A stretch of 47,002 nt of DNA from Achromatium sp. WMS2 (GCA_001276605.1 JXSN01000001.1:1-47002); one strand, 5' to 3'; shown: positions 1 to 10,942, counted from the stretch's first letter. Notes: generated by a model from the sequence alone, not told the origin. Translations and numbers: made by a program.

Positions 1-157
<157 letters not shown>

Positions 158-339
158 TTACTTTGGTTGGGGGGATGATAAGGTTAAAATGAAGTTATGT
201 GATAGTTATAGCATAAAATACTAATAGAAAATAGTAGTCTGCTCTGGTTGGGAGCAGAACTTATTGATTTGGTATTAGTCCATTTAATGCTGATCAAAGT
301 CTATGCTTAAGTAGGGAAAAATCCGAGTTGATTATAGGG

Positions 340-1573
<1,234 letters not shown>

Positions 1574-1944
1574 AGTGATTGCAATTTCAATTCCTAAATT
1601 TAAATTTTTAGCTATTCGTTTAGTTGATTATACTCTTATACAATGGAGAACAAAAGCTCAGAGAATATGATTTCTGGCAAACTGATAATTATAATAAGCA
1701 TTTAACTTGGATAAATACTTGTATTTTAAAATAAAGCCCGTTTAAAGTAAAACAGCAATTACTGATGTTGCATTGGTTGAGACCTGAGAGGACCTGATGA
1801 TATGAGGTTCCAAAGACCAATAGCTGATTTTTAATATGGTTGAATATTCAGGTATTCCGTCGGTATTACGATGACCACCGTCATAATCAATTTTATTATG
1901 GTAAAATTTAGCAGGTATGCTATTAAGTCATGAACCTGGTCAGG

Positions 1945-2520
1945 TTACAATTGAATTGGAGCTGAGATTTTTTGGGATTGAAATACCTTAAATTGGCTAT
2001 TTTGACGCCAACCTTTAGCTGGCAAATTGGCTTTGCGTGCTAGGTGATCCAGGGTTTCCTCCAAATCCCAACCTTGTTCCATGGGTACATCTGCTAAAAA
2101 AACCGCTGTATGTTTATTACTCTCTAAAATGATGCCATCCTGTCCTAAACGAATATCCTGATATGAGGCTATGGTTTCGGGCGGTGTAAGAATACTAACT
2201 TCAACCTCTAGTGCGGTTAATTCATGCATACGTATCGGTAGAAAGCGCGGATCATGCCGAGATGCGTTAACAGCATTTTCCATGACCGCTTGATATGCTG
2301 GCTTAACTGGTAAAATATAACCGATACATCCGCGGAGGTCCTTGTTGATCCTTAGGGTTACAAAAGCACCACATAACTTTTCCATATTAGCTGGGATTAT
2401 ACCGGCTAAGGGGCGGAGTAATTTCCAGGATAATTCACTATTACTGCGCACAACTGCCTCGATGGTGCGGGAGGCTAAGGTATGCAAAAAATTCATATCA
2501 CTTGCAGAAAATTTATCCAT
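1945..2520 (-). CDS. AMMECR1-domain protein (AmmeMemoRadiSam system protein A-like)
   Basis: 191 aa with the LRGCIGY signature of AMMECR1 plus HDPRF. It lies directly downstream of a MEMO1-family gene. Confidence 0.8.
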   Translation of the reverse strand: MDKFSASDMNFLHTLASRTIEAVVRSNSELSWKLLRPLAGIIPANMEKLCGAFVTLRINKDLRGCIGYILPVKPAYQAVMENAVNASRHDPRFLPIRMHELTALEVEVSILTPPETIASYQDIRLGQDGIILESNKHTAVFLADVPMEQGWDLEETLDHLARKANLPAKGWRQNSQFKVFQSQKISAPIQL

Positions 2521-2582
2521 AATCTTACTCCTAAAAATTAGGTTAAATAGCTTGTATCAATATTTGACATACATGCAAGAGA

Positions 2583-3494
2583 CTAATGAAAACTAATGCT
2601 GGCATAACTTACAGAATTGGTATATTCCTTAGTTAATTCCCCTGAAGTAGTGTATTTATGCAATGTACCCTGAGTATTGGATTGTAATAGATGTAACAAA
2701 ATTGCCATAGGGTTGATACCACAAGCAGTAATTTTGGTAGATTCAGAATAAAATTCAAATTGTTTGATATTATTAGCAATTAATGCTTGGATCAAACCAT
2801 CATCAAGTTTCTTGAGGCGTTCAGCTATTTTGGAATCAGCTGCAAACGGTAAATAGCCAAACCTAGGTCCATAGTGGGTAAAATCGCTAGATACCACAAT
2901 TAAAGTGCTGGTATCAGCTAAAGGTTGCAACAGCTCGGCTATCATCTTAGCATCATCATGTTGTAAATAACCAACTAATATTGGTAATAGTTGCCAACCA
3001 GGGGTTAGGGTAATCTGCAGAAACGGCAGTTGCATTTCAATGCAGTGTTCCTGGATATGAACCTTGGGATCGGCATTTACTATTGGAGAGCGATACAATT
3101 CGGTAACAGCTGGTTGATCTACAGGAATTAGCCCCAGAGGCGTTGCAAAAGCACTGTAAGGTCCTATAGATAGGCCGTTAAACCTGCCGTAGTGAGCTGG
3201 GCCCAGGATTATTACACGTTTAAAGGTAAGTCCCCGTAAATTTTTATATACCGCACCGGCAGTAATACCGCTGTAAGTGTAACCAGCATGTGGTGATATC
3301 AGGGCACGAATGGGACCAGGGGTTGTGACTGTGGGAACGGTTGTAAGTAAATTGGTAAGATAATTGGTTAGACGGTGGGGATCGTTAGGATACCAGCTGC
3401 CGGCTACAGCGGCTGGTCTTACGTTCGCGGAGGTAGTCCTATTGCTGATCATGTCGATACGCACTGCCAGAATGGTAGTTGGCGCTCCTTGCAA
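2583..3494 (-). CDS. MEMO1-family protein (AmmeMemoRadiSam system protein B-like)
   Basis: Motifs AGSWYP, SPHAGYTYSG, HCIEMQLPFL and SSDFTHYG match the MEMO/dioxygenase-B-like family. The codon at 3494 is TTG; the ATG at 3452 (MISNRTT...) is the more likely start. Confidence 0.8.
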   Translation of the reverse strand: MQGAPTTILAVRIDMISNRTTSANVRPAAVAGSWYPNDPHRLTNYLTNLLTTVPTVTTPGPIRALISPHAGYTYSGITAGAVYKNLRGLTFKRVIILGPAHYGRFNGLSIGPYSAFATPLGLIPVDQPAVTELYRSPIVNADPKVHIQEHCIEMQLPFLQITLTPGWQLLPILVGYLQHDDAKMIAELLQPLADTSTLIVVSSDFTHYGPRFGYLPFAADSKIAERLKKLDDGLIQALIANNIKQFEFYSESTKITACGINPMAILLHLLQSNTQGTLHKYTTSGELTKEYTNSVSYASISFH

Positions 3495-3730
3495 AATTTA
3501 TGGTTTATCAAATCAACATTGTGTTTGCATATCAGCCTAATTATAGACCTTAAATTTATTGGTGATAGCTAATTATTCCTGATAGATCGAATGCTAAACG
3601 GCTATAATGATTATACCATGTATTAAGAGTTATGTTATACCACTAAAGAAGTCTTTGTGCAACTTAACAGCAAAAAATTTAATGATTGTAAACCTTAGGA
3701 CGTATTAATATACAATATTATTATGCCTAT

Positions 3731-3814
3731 GTGCTTGTGGGGATGCAGGAGTATCCCCAGCTGCGTTCCCACGCTGGAGTGTTGGAACTAGCAATAGCCA
3801 TGCTATTACGCTAG
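3731..3814. repeat. REP/MITE-like composite palindromic element (family copy 1)
   Basis: GC hairpin ggggat-N8-atcccc (3739-3758), core gcgttcccacgctggag (3763-3779) and a second palindrome ctagc...gctag. The reverse complement aligns with the copy at 10798-10885. Confidence 0.7.
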
Positions 3815-4327
3815 ATTAATCGCACCTACGGTCTTGTTGCTAAGCTGGAACAAAGGAGTGACTGGAAACTTGCTGGTGGATATTAGAAAAGCTTTGGTGT
3901 TGGGTAGGGCCTGTTTGCTTTTAAACTCATCGATTGTGGCGGTTGTTGGGGCCGTTAACTTGTTATAGTGTTGGTGTATATGATTTTTATATGTAACAAG
4001 CTTTTTAATTTGATTAAATAGTATCAAAGTGTTACATTCTATGCAGCATGTTGCAGGGTTGGAGATTGGCGTGAAGGTTCTATGTTGCTGATTACCTTGC
4101 AATATTATTTTGAATCATGCTATAACCATATGAACTTGCTGATGCTTTTTGAGAAGGCATTACACCTACAAAAGCTAAATGATTTTTTGTTCAATAAAAT
4201 CAAGGAAAAATGTCTAAGCTGGCTCTCAAAAAAAGATATGGTAAAACAACCTAGCTTTTGGGCATTTTTTTAAGATTGATTTTTGCGTTGTGACCTATTG
4301 ATTTGTAAGGGCGAAAAATGGGGGTAA

Positions 4328-4428
4328 GGGGTCGAACGTTTTCCCTGCATGAGAAGGGATTAAGACTAGGTTAAATCCGTTAATTGCCATTTCTGGGTTT
4401 GAACGTTTTCCCTGTATGAGAAGGGATT
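4328..4428. repeat. Two-copy CRISPR-like direct repeat (about 34 nt repeat, about 33 nt spacer)
   Basis: 4328-4361 and 4395-4428 are 31/34 identical (ggg[g/t]t[c/t]gaacgttttccctg[c/t]atgagaagggatt). The period is 67 nt. Each copy has an internal 5-bp stem tccct/aggga. Only two copies are present and there are no cas genes in the window. Confidence 0.4.
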
Positions 4429-4470
4429 CGGGGGGCGCAGGGGCGCCCCGGGCTGCGTTCCTAAGTTGGG
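4429..4470. repeat. REP-like element, partial copy
   Basis: GC hairpin ggggcgc-N-gcgcccc followed by ggctgcgttcc, matching the hairpin plus agctgcgttccc layout at 3741-3770. It abuts the second CRISPR-like repeat. Confidence 0.5.
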
Positions 4471-4841
4471 TTTTGGGCGTGATTAACTTTATGCGAATAG
4501 CGTGCTTGGGAGCTATAAATATACAAAGTTTTTGGCTGTATTCTAATGCCGTGAGCAGAAAACATCATAATCACATGAGTTACAAGTAGTGACTGCAACA
4601 CATGATTTAGCCTATAAAGAAACTGTTTTCGCACCCAGAAATGGTAATTGACCTAATTGATGGTTAGGTAAAGGCAGATTGGGTAAACCAGTTGGACTTT
4701 TTTACTTTAGAACTGATGATTTAAGAGAACGCGAAGATGACGTGATTTGGCGGGTACGCTTTGGCGAAAGTTGGTTTAGACGCTTTTTAAATATCCCAAT
4801 TTAAAATTATCCTGTCATGACTTAGGTCTTATTCCTACTCA

Positions 4842-4868
4842 GTCCGAAAATATATTAGTTTTTCGGAC
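4842..4868 (-). terminator. Hairpin downstream of fur (weak terminator candidate)
   Basis: 9-bp stem gtccgaaaa/ttttcggac with a 9-nt loop, 56 nt past the fur stop. There is no clear U-tract on the minus-strand transcript. Confidence 0.3.
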
Positions 4869-4923
4869 CGCAATATAGGTAGTAAATAATCATATCTAGT
4901 TCCTGAGCATGCGCGAGTATATC

Positions 4924-5391
4924 CTAGGTTGCAGGTTTGGTGTGGAAGATCGAATTTAATTCGTGCCTGTATGGGCAAGTTTCTGGGGTTTTGCATGTTC
5001 CAAAAATGTACAAAGTGTGGCCAGTAAGCTCTAGACCCTGCTTGGAAGCAACCTCTCTTTGCAAGCGTTCTATATCGTTGTTCACAAATTCAATAATACG
5101 TCCACAATTCACACAAACTATGTGATCATGGTGACTATGTGTACTAAGTTCAAAAAACGAGGTATTACTCTCAAACTGGTGCTTAATTACTAGCCCGGCT
5201 TGTTCAAACTGCGCTAAAACCCTATATATGGTAGCAATACCAATGCTATGACCACGTTCCAATAGTAACTGGTATAATCCTTCGGCACTAAGATGACGTT
5301 GTGGATTGCGTTCTAAAATTTCTAAGATCAAAGTTCGGGGTAAGGTACTACGCAGTCCGGCCTGTTTCAGCATAATCTGTTTATCTTCCAC
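4924..5391 (-). CDS. fur: Ferric uptake regulator (Fur family)
   Basis: 155 aa with a winged-helix N-terminus and the metal-site motifs HHDHIVCVNCGRIIEF plus a C-terminal CxxxxC. It is adjacent to the feo genes. Confidence 0.88.
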   Translation of the reverse strand: MEDKQIMLKQAGLRSTLPRTLILEILERNPQRHLSAEGLYQLLLERGHSIGIATIYRVLAQFEQAGLVIKHQFESNTSFFELSTHSHHDHIVCVNCGRIIEFVNNDIERLQREVASKQGLELTGHTLYIFGTCKTPETCPYRHELNSIFHTKPAT

Positions 5392-5492
5392 TGTTTGTCC
5401 CCAAAACTTTTAGAATTTATAGATTAGCAGTCTTATCACTTTTAGTTATTGGTTTTATACCTTAAAAGTAATAATATATGTCAATCCTAACC

Positions 5493-5717
5493 TTAATCTT
5501 GCCATCGAAAAACCTCCACAGGATCCCCAGCATTGCAGGTGTTACTATTGCAACCGCTACATTTAGCAGTACGCTGAATGGTAACTTTACCTTTACGTAC
5601 CCATACATCTAGCATCCCGCGGGTGGTTGCAAGATCCATGGATACAGAAGCTGCTATTTCACCTAGAGTTGCTACACGCCGTTCAACTAAGTAATTTTTT
5701 ATATCAATTAATCCCAT
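5493..5717 (-). CDS. feoC: FeoC-like ferrous iron transport protein C / small winged-helix regulator
   Basis: 74 aa with N-terminal IKNYL..RRVATLGEIA and a Cys cluster CSGCNSNTC. It lies downstream of feoB. Confidence 0.7.
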   Translation of the reverse strand: MGLIDIKNYLVERRVATLGEIAASVSMDLATTRGMLDVWVRKGKVTIQRTAKCSGCNSNTCNAGDPVEVFRWQD

Positions 5718-5882
5718 AACAGCAATACCTCTCCCAAATTGCGCGCCAAAAGATGGAAAAATACATATTTACTGATTTTAAACGGTCAAATCTAACATCA
5801 TCGGCATTGGAACTTCATGGCATTAGGATAAATAAGCTCCTGTTTAAACCAAGTTTATTCAGTCTATAAACCATATATGCAG

Positions 5883-8201
5883 TTACTTTACAGCTACAGC
5901 TGTACGTATGCCCATCCACCTCATGACGTACAAACCCAAAACAAAACCAGATATTATTATTATCACCCATATCAGGGATTGACTTGGATGATTGCCGAAG
6001 GTAGCCAACTGATAGTACATGGTAGCTGTTCCGTAACCCAATCCAGTAGACCAAATGCTAACAAACGCAGCCCAATTCCAACCAGCTTCTCGATAAATTG
6101 CTCCTAACACTGCCACACAAGGAAAATACAGTAAAATCAATAATAAGTAAGCAAACGCACCAATAGTTCCATCGAAAGCTTTAGCCATGAATCCAAAAGT
6201 TCCTGCATTGACATCCTGAGAATTAAGATTTGTCCTCCCATGCTCAATGTCTTGGGGGTAGAAATTAAGGACGTTTACAATAGACATACCTAGCTTGTGC
6301 AAATTATTAGGTATAGTAATAATAGCCCCGATTATGGCTGCTGACAAATCAAAATCTTTAAATTTAACCGTAGCTGATTTTAATTGGTGTTCTTTAACAT
6401 TATTTTGTTGTGAATATAACGTATCTAAAGATCCCACCACTGCTTCTTTAGCTAAAATTCCCGAAACAATCCCTACAGCAGCTGGCCAATTATCCGATTT
6501 TAAGCCCATGGGCATAAACACGGGCACCATAAGTCTGCCTACCGCTGCAAGTATAGAATTCCTACTATTATGTGGTCCAAAACTTCCATCAGTACCTAAA
6601 CTGCTTAGCAAGTTTAGTATAAGTACCATGGGAATAATAATGCGTCCAGCTTTGAATATAAAGCTTTTAAGGCGCTCCCAAGCATGCATTAGCATACTAT
6701 TGAGGGTTGGAATATGATAAGCTGGTAATTCCATCACAAAGGGTGCTCCTGAGCCCGGCAGCAAAGTCCTTTGTAAAATTAATGCTGTAACTATGGCAAC
6801 CATTATGCCTATGAGGTAAAGTAAAAACACCATATTTTGCCCGTTGGTGGGGAAGAAGGCTGCGGCAAACAAAGCATATACTGGCAATCTAGCGCCACAG
6901 GACATAAATGGTGACATGGCCATTGCTACCATGCGATCTCTGTGATTTTCCAAAGTCCTAGTGGCCATGATGGCTGGAACATTACAACCAAAACCCACAA
7001 TTAACGGAATAAATGTTTTGCCAGGTAAACCTATGGTGCGCATCAGACGATCCATGACGAAAGCTGCCCTAGCCATATAACCCGAATCTTCGAGAAAAGA
7101 TAAAAATAGAAATAAAAATCCAATTATGGGAATAAACGTTGCTACAGTCTGTATACCACTGCCTATGCCATCCGTAATTAATACATTAAACCACTGGGGT
7201 GTGCCAATATTATACAACACATAACCTAATCCATCTACTAAAAATGCTCCAAGGAATTGATCGAAGAAATCGACGAAGGCTCCTCCTATATTTATGGTAA
7301 ATAAGAACATGGCATATATCACCATAAAAAATATTGGTATTCCTAACCAGCGGTTTAAAATTATTTGATCTAACCATTTAGTTAAATTGCGGGCAGTTTC
7401 GGTACCGCGTTTAACCACTTGGCGCGAAATTTCGCCAATAAATTGATAGCGAGCATCAGCTATTAGTATATCTAGCTCCTCGCCTAATGTTGTTTCTATA
7501 CGCCGGCGCAGTACTATTGCCAGATTCTTAGATTGTGGATCGGAATATTCAATAGTTGCATCATCCCCTTCCAATAATTTTAGGGCCAACCATGTTTTGG
7601 GTAAATTACCCATAGATCCTACTATTTTGGATAATTCTGTAACAGCTTGGGTAATAACCTCTGGATACTGTACCTGTAGTAAAGGTTTAGGTTCAAAAAT
7701 ATTAGTTATTACATTTTTAAGTTCTTGTAATCCATTGTTAGTATTAGCATTCGTAAGAACTACAGGACATCCTAATAAGTTGGATAATTTTTTATATTCT
7801 AAAAAAATACCTTTTTGCGCAGCTATATCCAACATATTTAAAACTAGAATGATCGGTATCCCAAGCTCCAGCAATTGCGTAGTCAAATATAGATTACGTT
7901 CTAGGTTAGCTGCATCCACGATATTAACTATTAAATCCGCAGCGTTAGACAGTATGTAATCGTGAGTGACCTTTTGATCCAGAGGTGTAGCATCAGCAAT
8001 GGAATCCATGGCATATACGCCGGGCAAATCAACTACATGAATACTTTTTTGGTTATGCGAATAATATCCAGATTTACGCTCCACCGTGACCCCAGGCCAA
8101 TTACCAACAGTTTGCCTAGCACCGGTTAGGGCATTAAATAATGTTGTTTTACCACAGTTTGGATTCCCAACTAGGGCTATGGTTAAATCATGTTTGGTCA
8201 T
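5883..8201 (-). CDS. feoB: Ferrous iron transporter FeoB
   Basis: 772 aa. The N-terminal G-domain has GNPNCGKTTLFNALTG and DLPG, followed by a polytopic membrane domain. Confidence 0.93.
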   Translation of the reverse strand: MTKHDLTIALVGNPNCGKTTLFNALTGARQTVGNWPGVTVERKSGYYSHNQKSIHVVDLPGVYAMDSIADATPLDQKVTHDYILSNAADLIVNIVDAANLERNLYLTTQLLELGIPIILVLNMLDIAAQKGIFLEYKKLSNLLGCPVVLTNANTNNGLQELKNVITNIFEPKPLLQVQYPEVITQAVTELSKIVGSMGNLPKTWLALKLLEGDDATIEYSDPQSKNLAIVLRRRIETTLGEELDILIADARYQFIGEISRQVVKRGTETARNLTKWLDQIILNRWLGIPIFFMVIYAMFLFTINIGGAFVDFFDQFLGAFLVDGLGYVLYNIGTPQWFNVLITDGIGSGIQTVATFIPIIGFLFLFLSFLEDSGYMARAAFVMDRLMRTIGLPGKTFIPLIVGFGCNVPAIMATRTLENHRDRMVAMAMSPFMSCGARLPVYALFAAAFFPTNGQNMVFLLYLIGIMVAIVTALILQRTLLPGSGAPFVMELPAYHIPTLNSMLMHAWERLKSFIFKAGRIIIPMVLILNLLSSLGTDGSFGPHNSRNSILAAVGRLMVPVFMPMGLKSDNWPAAVGIVSGILAKEAVVGSLDTLYSQQNNVKEHQLKSATVKFKDFDLSAAIIGAIITIPNNLHKLGMSIVNVLNFYPQDIEHGRTNLNSQDVNAGTFGFMAKAFDGTIGAFAYLLLILLYFPCVAVLGAIYREAGWNWAAFVSIWSTGLGYGTATMYYQLATFGNHPSQSLIWVIIIISGFVLGLYVMRWMGIRTAVAVK

Positions 8202-8320
8202 AAAACTCAGCTCACATAGTTATAAAACTTATTAATTGTTAGGTATATAAATTAGTTATTGCATATTATCTAGATAAACATCATAGAATTGGTGTTCAAA
8301 AATTCTAATGTCAATATTTT

Positions 8321-8704
8321 CTATTGTGGCCAATATAAACAAATACGATCGCCATTTTGAAACCGGTATACATCGACATTAATCCCGCCTGGCCGACATT
8401 GCTCCTGCCGATTTTTTATGACAAACTTTCTCATGGTATCTCCGTTAGCATTAACCAAGCGCAAAACTTTAGGTTCAGAACTTGAGTAAACAAAGTCCTT
8501 ACCATTGGCCCTAAAAGCTACCCAAGTTATACCCTGATTCGTACCACTGCCGGTAATTAAACAAATATCAGTAAATTCACGCTTACCAAATTTTAAATCA
8601 CAACCCAGAACTTGTGGGCCATTATCAAAAGCAAGAGATGTGGTGCTTATACAAATAAAAATAGCAAACCGAGTTAGATTAATAGTGTTGTACATGGTTG
8701 GCAT
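8321..8704 (-). CDS. Hypothetical small secreted protein (4 Cys in the mature part)
   Basis: 127 aa with an N-terminal hydrophobic signal-like segment (FAIFICISTTSLAF). No recognisable family. It occupies the slot upstream of feoB where feoA is usually found but does not look like FeoA. Confidence 0.5.
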   Translation of the reverse strand: MPTMYNTINLTRFAIFICISTTSLAFDNGPQVLGCDLKFGKREFTDICLITGSGTNQGITWVAFRANGKDFVYSSSEPKVLRLVNANGDTMRKFVIKNRQEQCRPGGINVDVYRFQNGDRICLYWPQ

Positions 8705-9040
8705 TCAAATTCCAAATAAATTCAATATTTTTAGGTATCAATCATGTGACGGTATTCAATTCCTTAAAGAAATAAATTTTTTGATCCATTCCATTTTGCT
8801 TCTTCCAAAAGCTTCTATCGATTCCCAGACATCTGCTCCAGTTATACATGCGCATACCACAAGCGATATAATATCCATTAAATAATGTAATTTACTGCGT
8901 TATTGTATGGATCTTCGATTCCTGAAAAAATACCTTATAAATTCAGGTGACATAATCCAATCAAAACTTTGCTAATTTAAATTAATTTTAAAGTAGGTAC
9001 ATCCATTATGCTGTATACAGGAATTTTTTGATGCGGTTGC

Positions 9041-9127
9041 CTTGCGCTGGAGTGTAGGAAAGATCAAGCGTCTTTGGGTGGAAGGCGCAAGCTCCCAGGT
9101 AGGAACGATCAAAGACAAAGATTCCTC
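9041..9127. repeat. REP-like element (degenerate family copy)
   Basis: 7-bp inverted repeat cttgcgc/gcgcaag (9041-9047 / 9085-9091). It contains gcgctggagtgtaggaa and ctcccaggtaggaacg, both related to the family core in opposite orientations. Confidence 0.5.
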
Positions 9128-9235
9128 ACCAAATCAATAATGACCTGATGACGATAGTATCGTGCTTTGTTACGTTAAAATAAATATTGTCAATACTCAA
9201 GTTGGTTGTATGGAACCTGCAGAATGGATCATTGA

Positions 9236-10534
9236 CTATTGGCGTTTACCAATTGGTTGATAGGTACGTAAAGTGTGGCCAAGGTACACTTGGCGGGGTC
9301 TGCCGATACGTTGTTCGGGGTCCTCCATCATCTCTAGCCAATGGGTCATCCAGCCTACGCTACGGGCAATTGCAAACATGGCGGTAAACATACTTACAGG
9401 AATGCCGAGGGCACGGTAAATGATACCGGAATAAAAATCCACGTTAGGGTAAAGTTTGCGTTCTACAAAGTACTCATCCTGCAGGGCGATCTCTTCTAAG
9501 CGTAAAGCTAATTCAAACAATGGATTATTGGTATCGGCTAGCTCGTTAAGGACGCGATGACACACTTCGCGCAGGATTTTAGCCCTGGGATCGTAATGTT
9601 TGTACACCCGATGCCCAAATCCCATAAGCCGAAATGGGTCATCTTTGTCTTTAGCTTTGTTAATATAGGTTTCAATATGTTCGACGCTACCTATGTGTTC
9701 CAGCATGTTTAGTACCTCTTCATTGGCCCCCCCGTGGGCTTTGCCCCAAAGAGAGGTAATACCAGCGGCGATACAGGCGTAGGGGTTGGCACCGGAGCTA
9801 GCTGCTAGGCGTACGGTGGAGGTACTGGCGTTTTGTTCGTGGTCGGCATGGAGTATGAACAGCAAATTCATGGCCTTCTCGGCTAACCTACTAACCCTAT
9901 ACTGTTCACAGGGGGTAGCAAACATCATGTGGAGAAAATTTTCCACATAGCGCATGTCGTAGCGTGGGTAAATAAAAGGCTCACCCCGTGTGTGTTTATA
10001 GGCAGCAGCGGCAATTGTCGGTAATTTTGCTATGACTCGATGGGCAGCCAGTTCCCGTTGTTCTGGGGTGCTTAGATCCAAGGTATCATGGTAAAAGGCA
10101 GATAGACTCCCCACTACGCCTATAAGCATGGCCATGGGATGGGCGTTATGGTGAAAGCCGTTAAAGAAGTTTTTGAGGGCTTCGTTGATTAGGCCATGGT
10201 GGGTGATGCTGCGTTCAAATTTGGTTAACACAGTTTCAGTTGGCAATTCACCGTACAGTAGTAAGTAGCACACCTCCAAAAAGCTGGCTTTAGCTGCTAA
10301 GTCTTCGATAGGGTAACCGCGATAGCGGAGAATACCAGCTTCGCCATCGATATAAGTGATAGAACTTGAGCAGCTTGCGGTAGCGACAAATCCTGGGTCG
10401 TAGGTAAATAGGCCAAATTCTTTGTAGAGGCCGGAGACATCGACAGCGGCAGGTCCTATGGTACTGTCCCGTACTGGTAGATTTACGGAGCGCCCGCTAA
10501 TCGGGTCTGTGAGTAGCATGGTTTTGGCGTTCAT
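9236..10534 (-). CDS. gltA: Citrate synthase (type II)
   Basis: Motifs [18 protein letters not shown] and YDPGF..TASC. The ORF opens with TTG at 10543; the ATG at 10534 (MNAKT...) is preferred. Confidence 0.93.
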   Translation of the reverse strand: MNAKTMLLTDPISGRSVNLPVRDSTIGPAAVDVSGLYKEFGLFTYDPGFVATASCSSSITYIDGEAGILRYRGYPIEDLAAKASFLEVCYLLLYGELPTETVLTKFERSITHHGLINEALKNFFNGFHHNAHPMAMLIGVVGSLSAFYHDTLDLSTPEQRELAAHRVIAKLPTIAAAAYKHTRGEPFIYPRYDMRYVENFLHMMFATPCEQYRVSRLAEKAMNLLFILHADHEQNASTSTVRLAASSGANPYACIAAGITSLWGKAHGGANEEVLNMLEHIGSVEHIETYINKAKDKDDPFRLMGFGHRVYKHYDPRAKILREVCHRVLNELADTNNPLFELALRLEEIALQDEYFVERKLYPNVDFYSGIIYRALGIPVSMFTAMFAIARSVGWMTHWLEMMEDPEQRIGRPRQVYLGHTLRTYQPIGKRQ

Positions 10535-10710
10535 GATTAGCAATCCGTTGTGTGTAGGTTATGTACTATACCACTCCTTGCGTGGTATGCATCCTAATTT
10601 TAATGCTTAGATTAGGGTCTGATTTTTACTGTTACCAGCTCGTTCATTTCTATGTTCTAGTGTATAAATATAGTTAAAAGAAATTTATATTGATTATTCC
10701 TACTTTAATA

Positions 10711-10885
10711 TGTAGGAACGCGGCTATAATTCTAATACTTATCGTTCCTATGTTTCGGCGTCCGCACAAAAATAAAGATTGATCGCTTTATACACCGTGT
10801 AGAAACACAGCCAAAACTCTAATACTGGTCGTTTCTATGCTCCGGCGTGGGAACGCATCCGGGGACGCTCCCCACAAGAACGGTT
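10711..10885. repeat. Two tandem REP/MITE-like composite elements (period 87 nt)
   Basis: Unit 1 (10711-10797) has the hairpin taggaacg-N22-cgttccta and a degenerate core. Unit 2 (10798-10885) has the hairpin tagaaac-N-gtttcta, the core ctccggcgtgggaacgc (10840-10856) and the GC hairpin gggga-cgc-tcccc. Both apical loops carry tctaatac. Confidence 0.75.
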
Positions 10886-10942
10886 TACGCTGTTACTCTT
10901 CTAAAGTTTAGCAGAAACCAGCGACAAGTATAGGTCTAATTT

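Noticed and set aside
3806-4102. 98-aa minus-strand ORF, and the overlapping 63-aa plus-strand ORF at 4082-4273, in the gene desert
   Set aside because: Neither has a recognisable motif or a convincing RBS. The composition is low-complexity and AT-driven, and one end overlaps a REP-like element. They are kept only as part of the gene-desert finding.
5815-6107. 79-aa and 76-aa ORFs overlapping the 3' end of feoB
   Set aside because: They overlap the conserved FeoB C-terminal membrane region and have no motifs.
8251-8280. Possible Fur box upstream of feoB (gataatatgcaataactaat on the coding strand, and the neighbouring gatgtttatctagataata)
   Set aside because: The best alignments to GATAATGATAATCATTATC reach only about 8-11 of 19 positions, which is expected by chance in this AT-rich spacer. 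A PWM scan and an orthologue comparison are needed.
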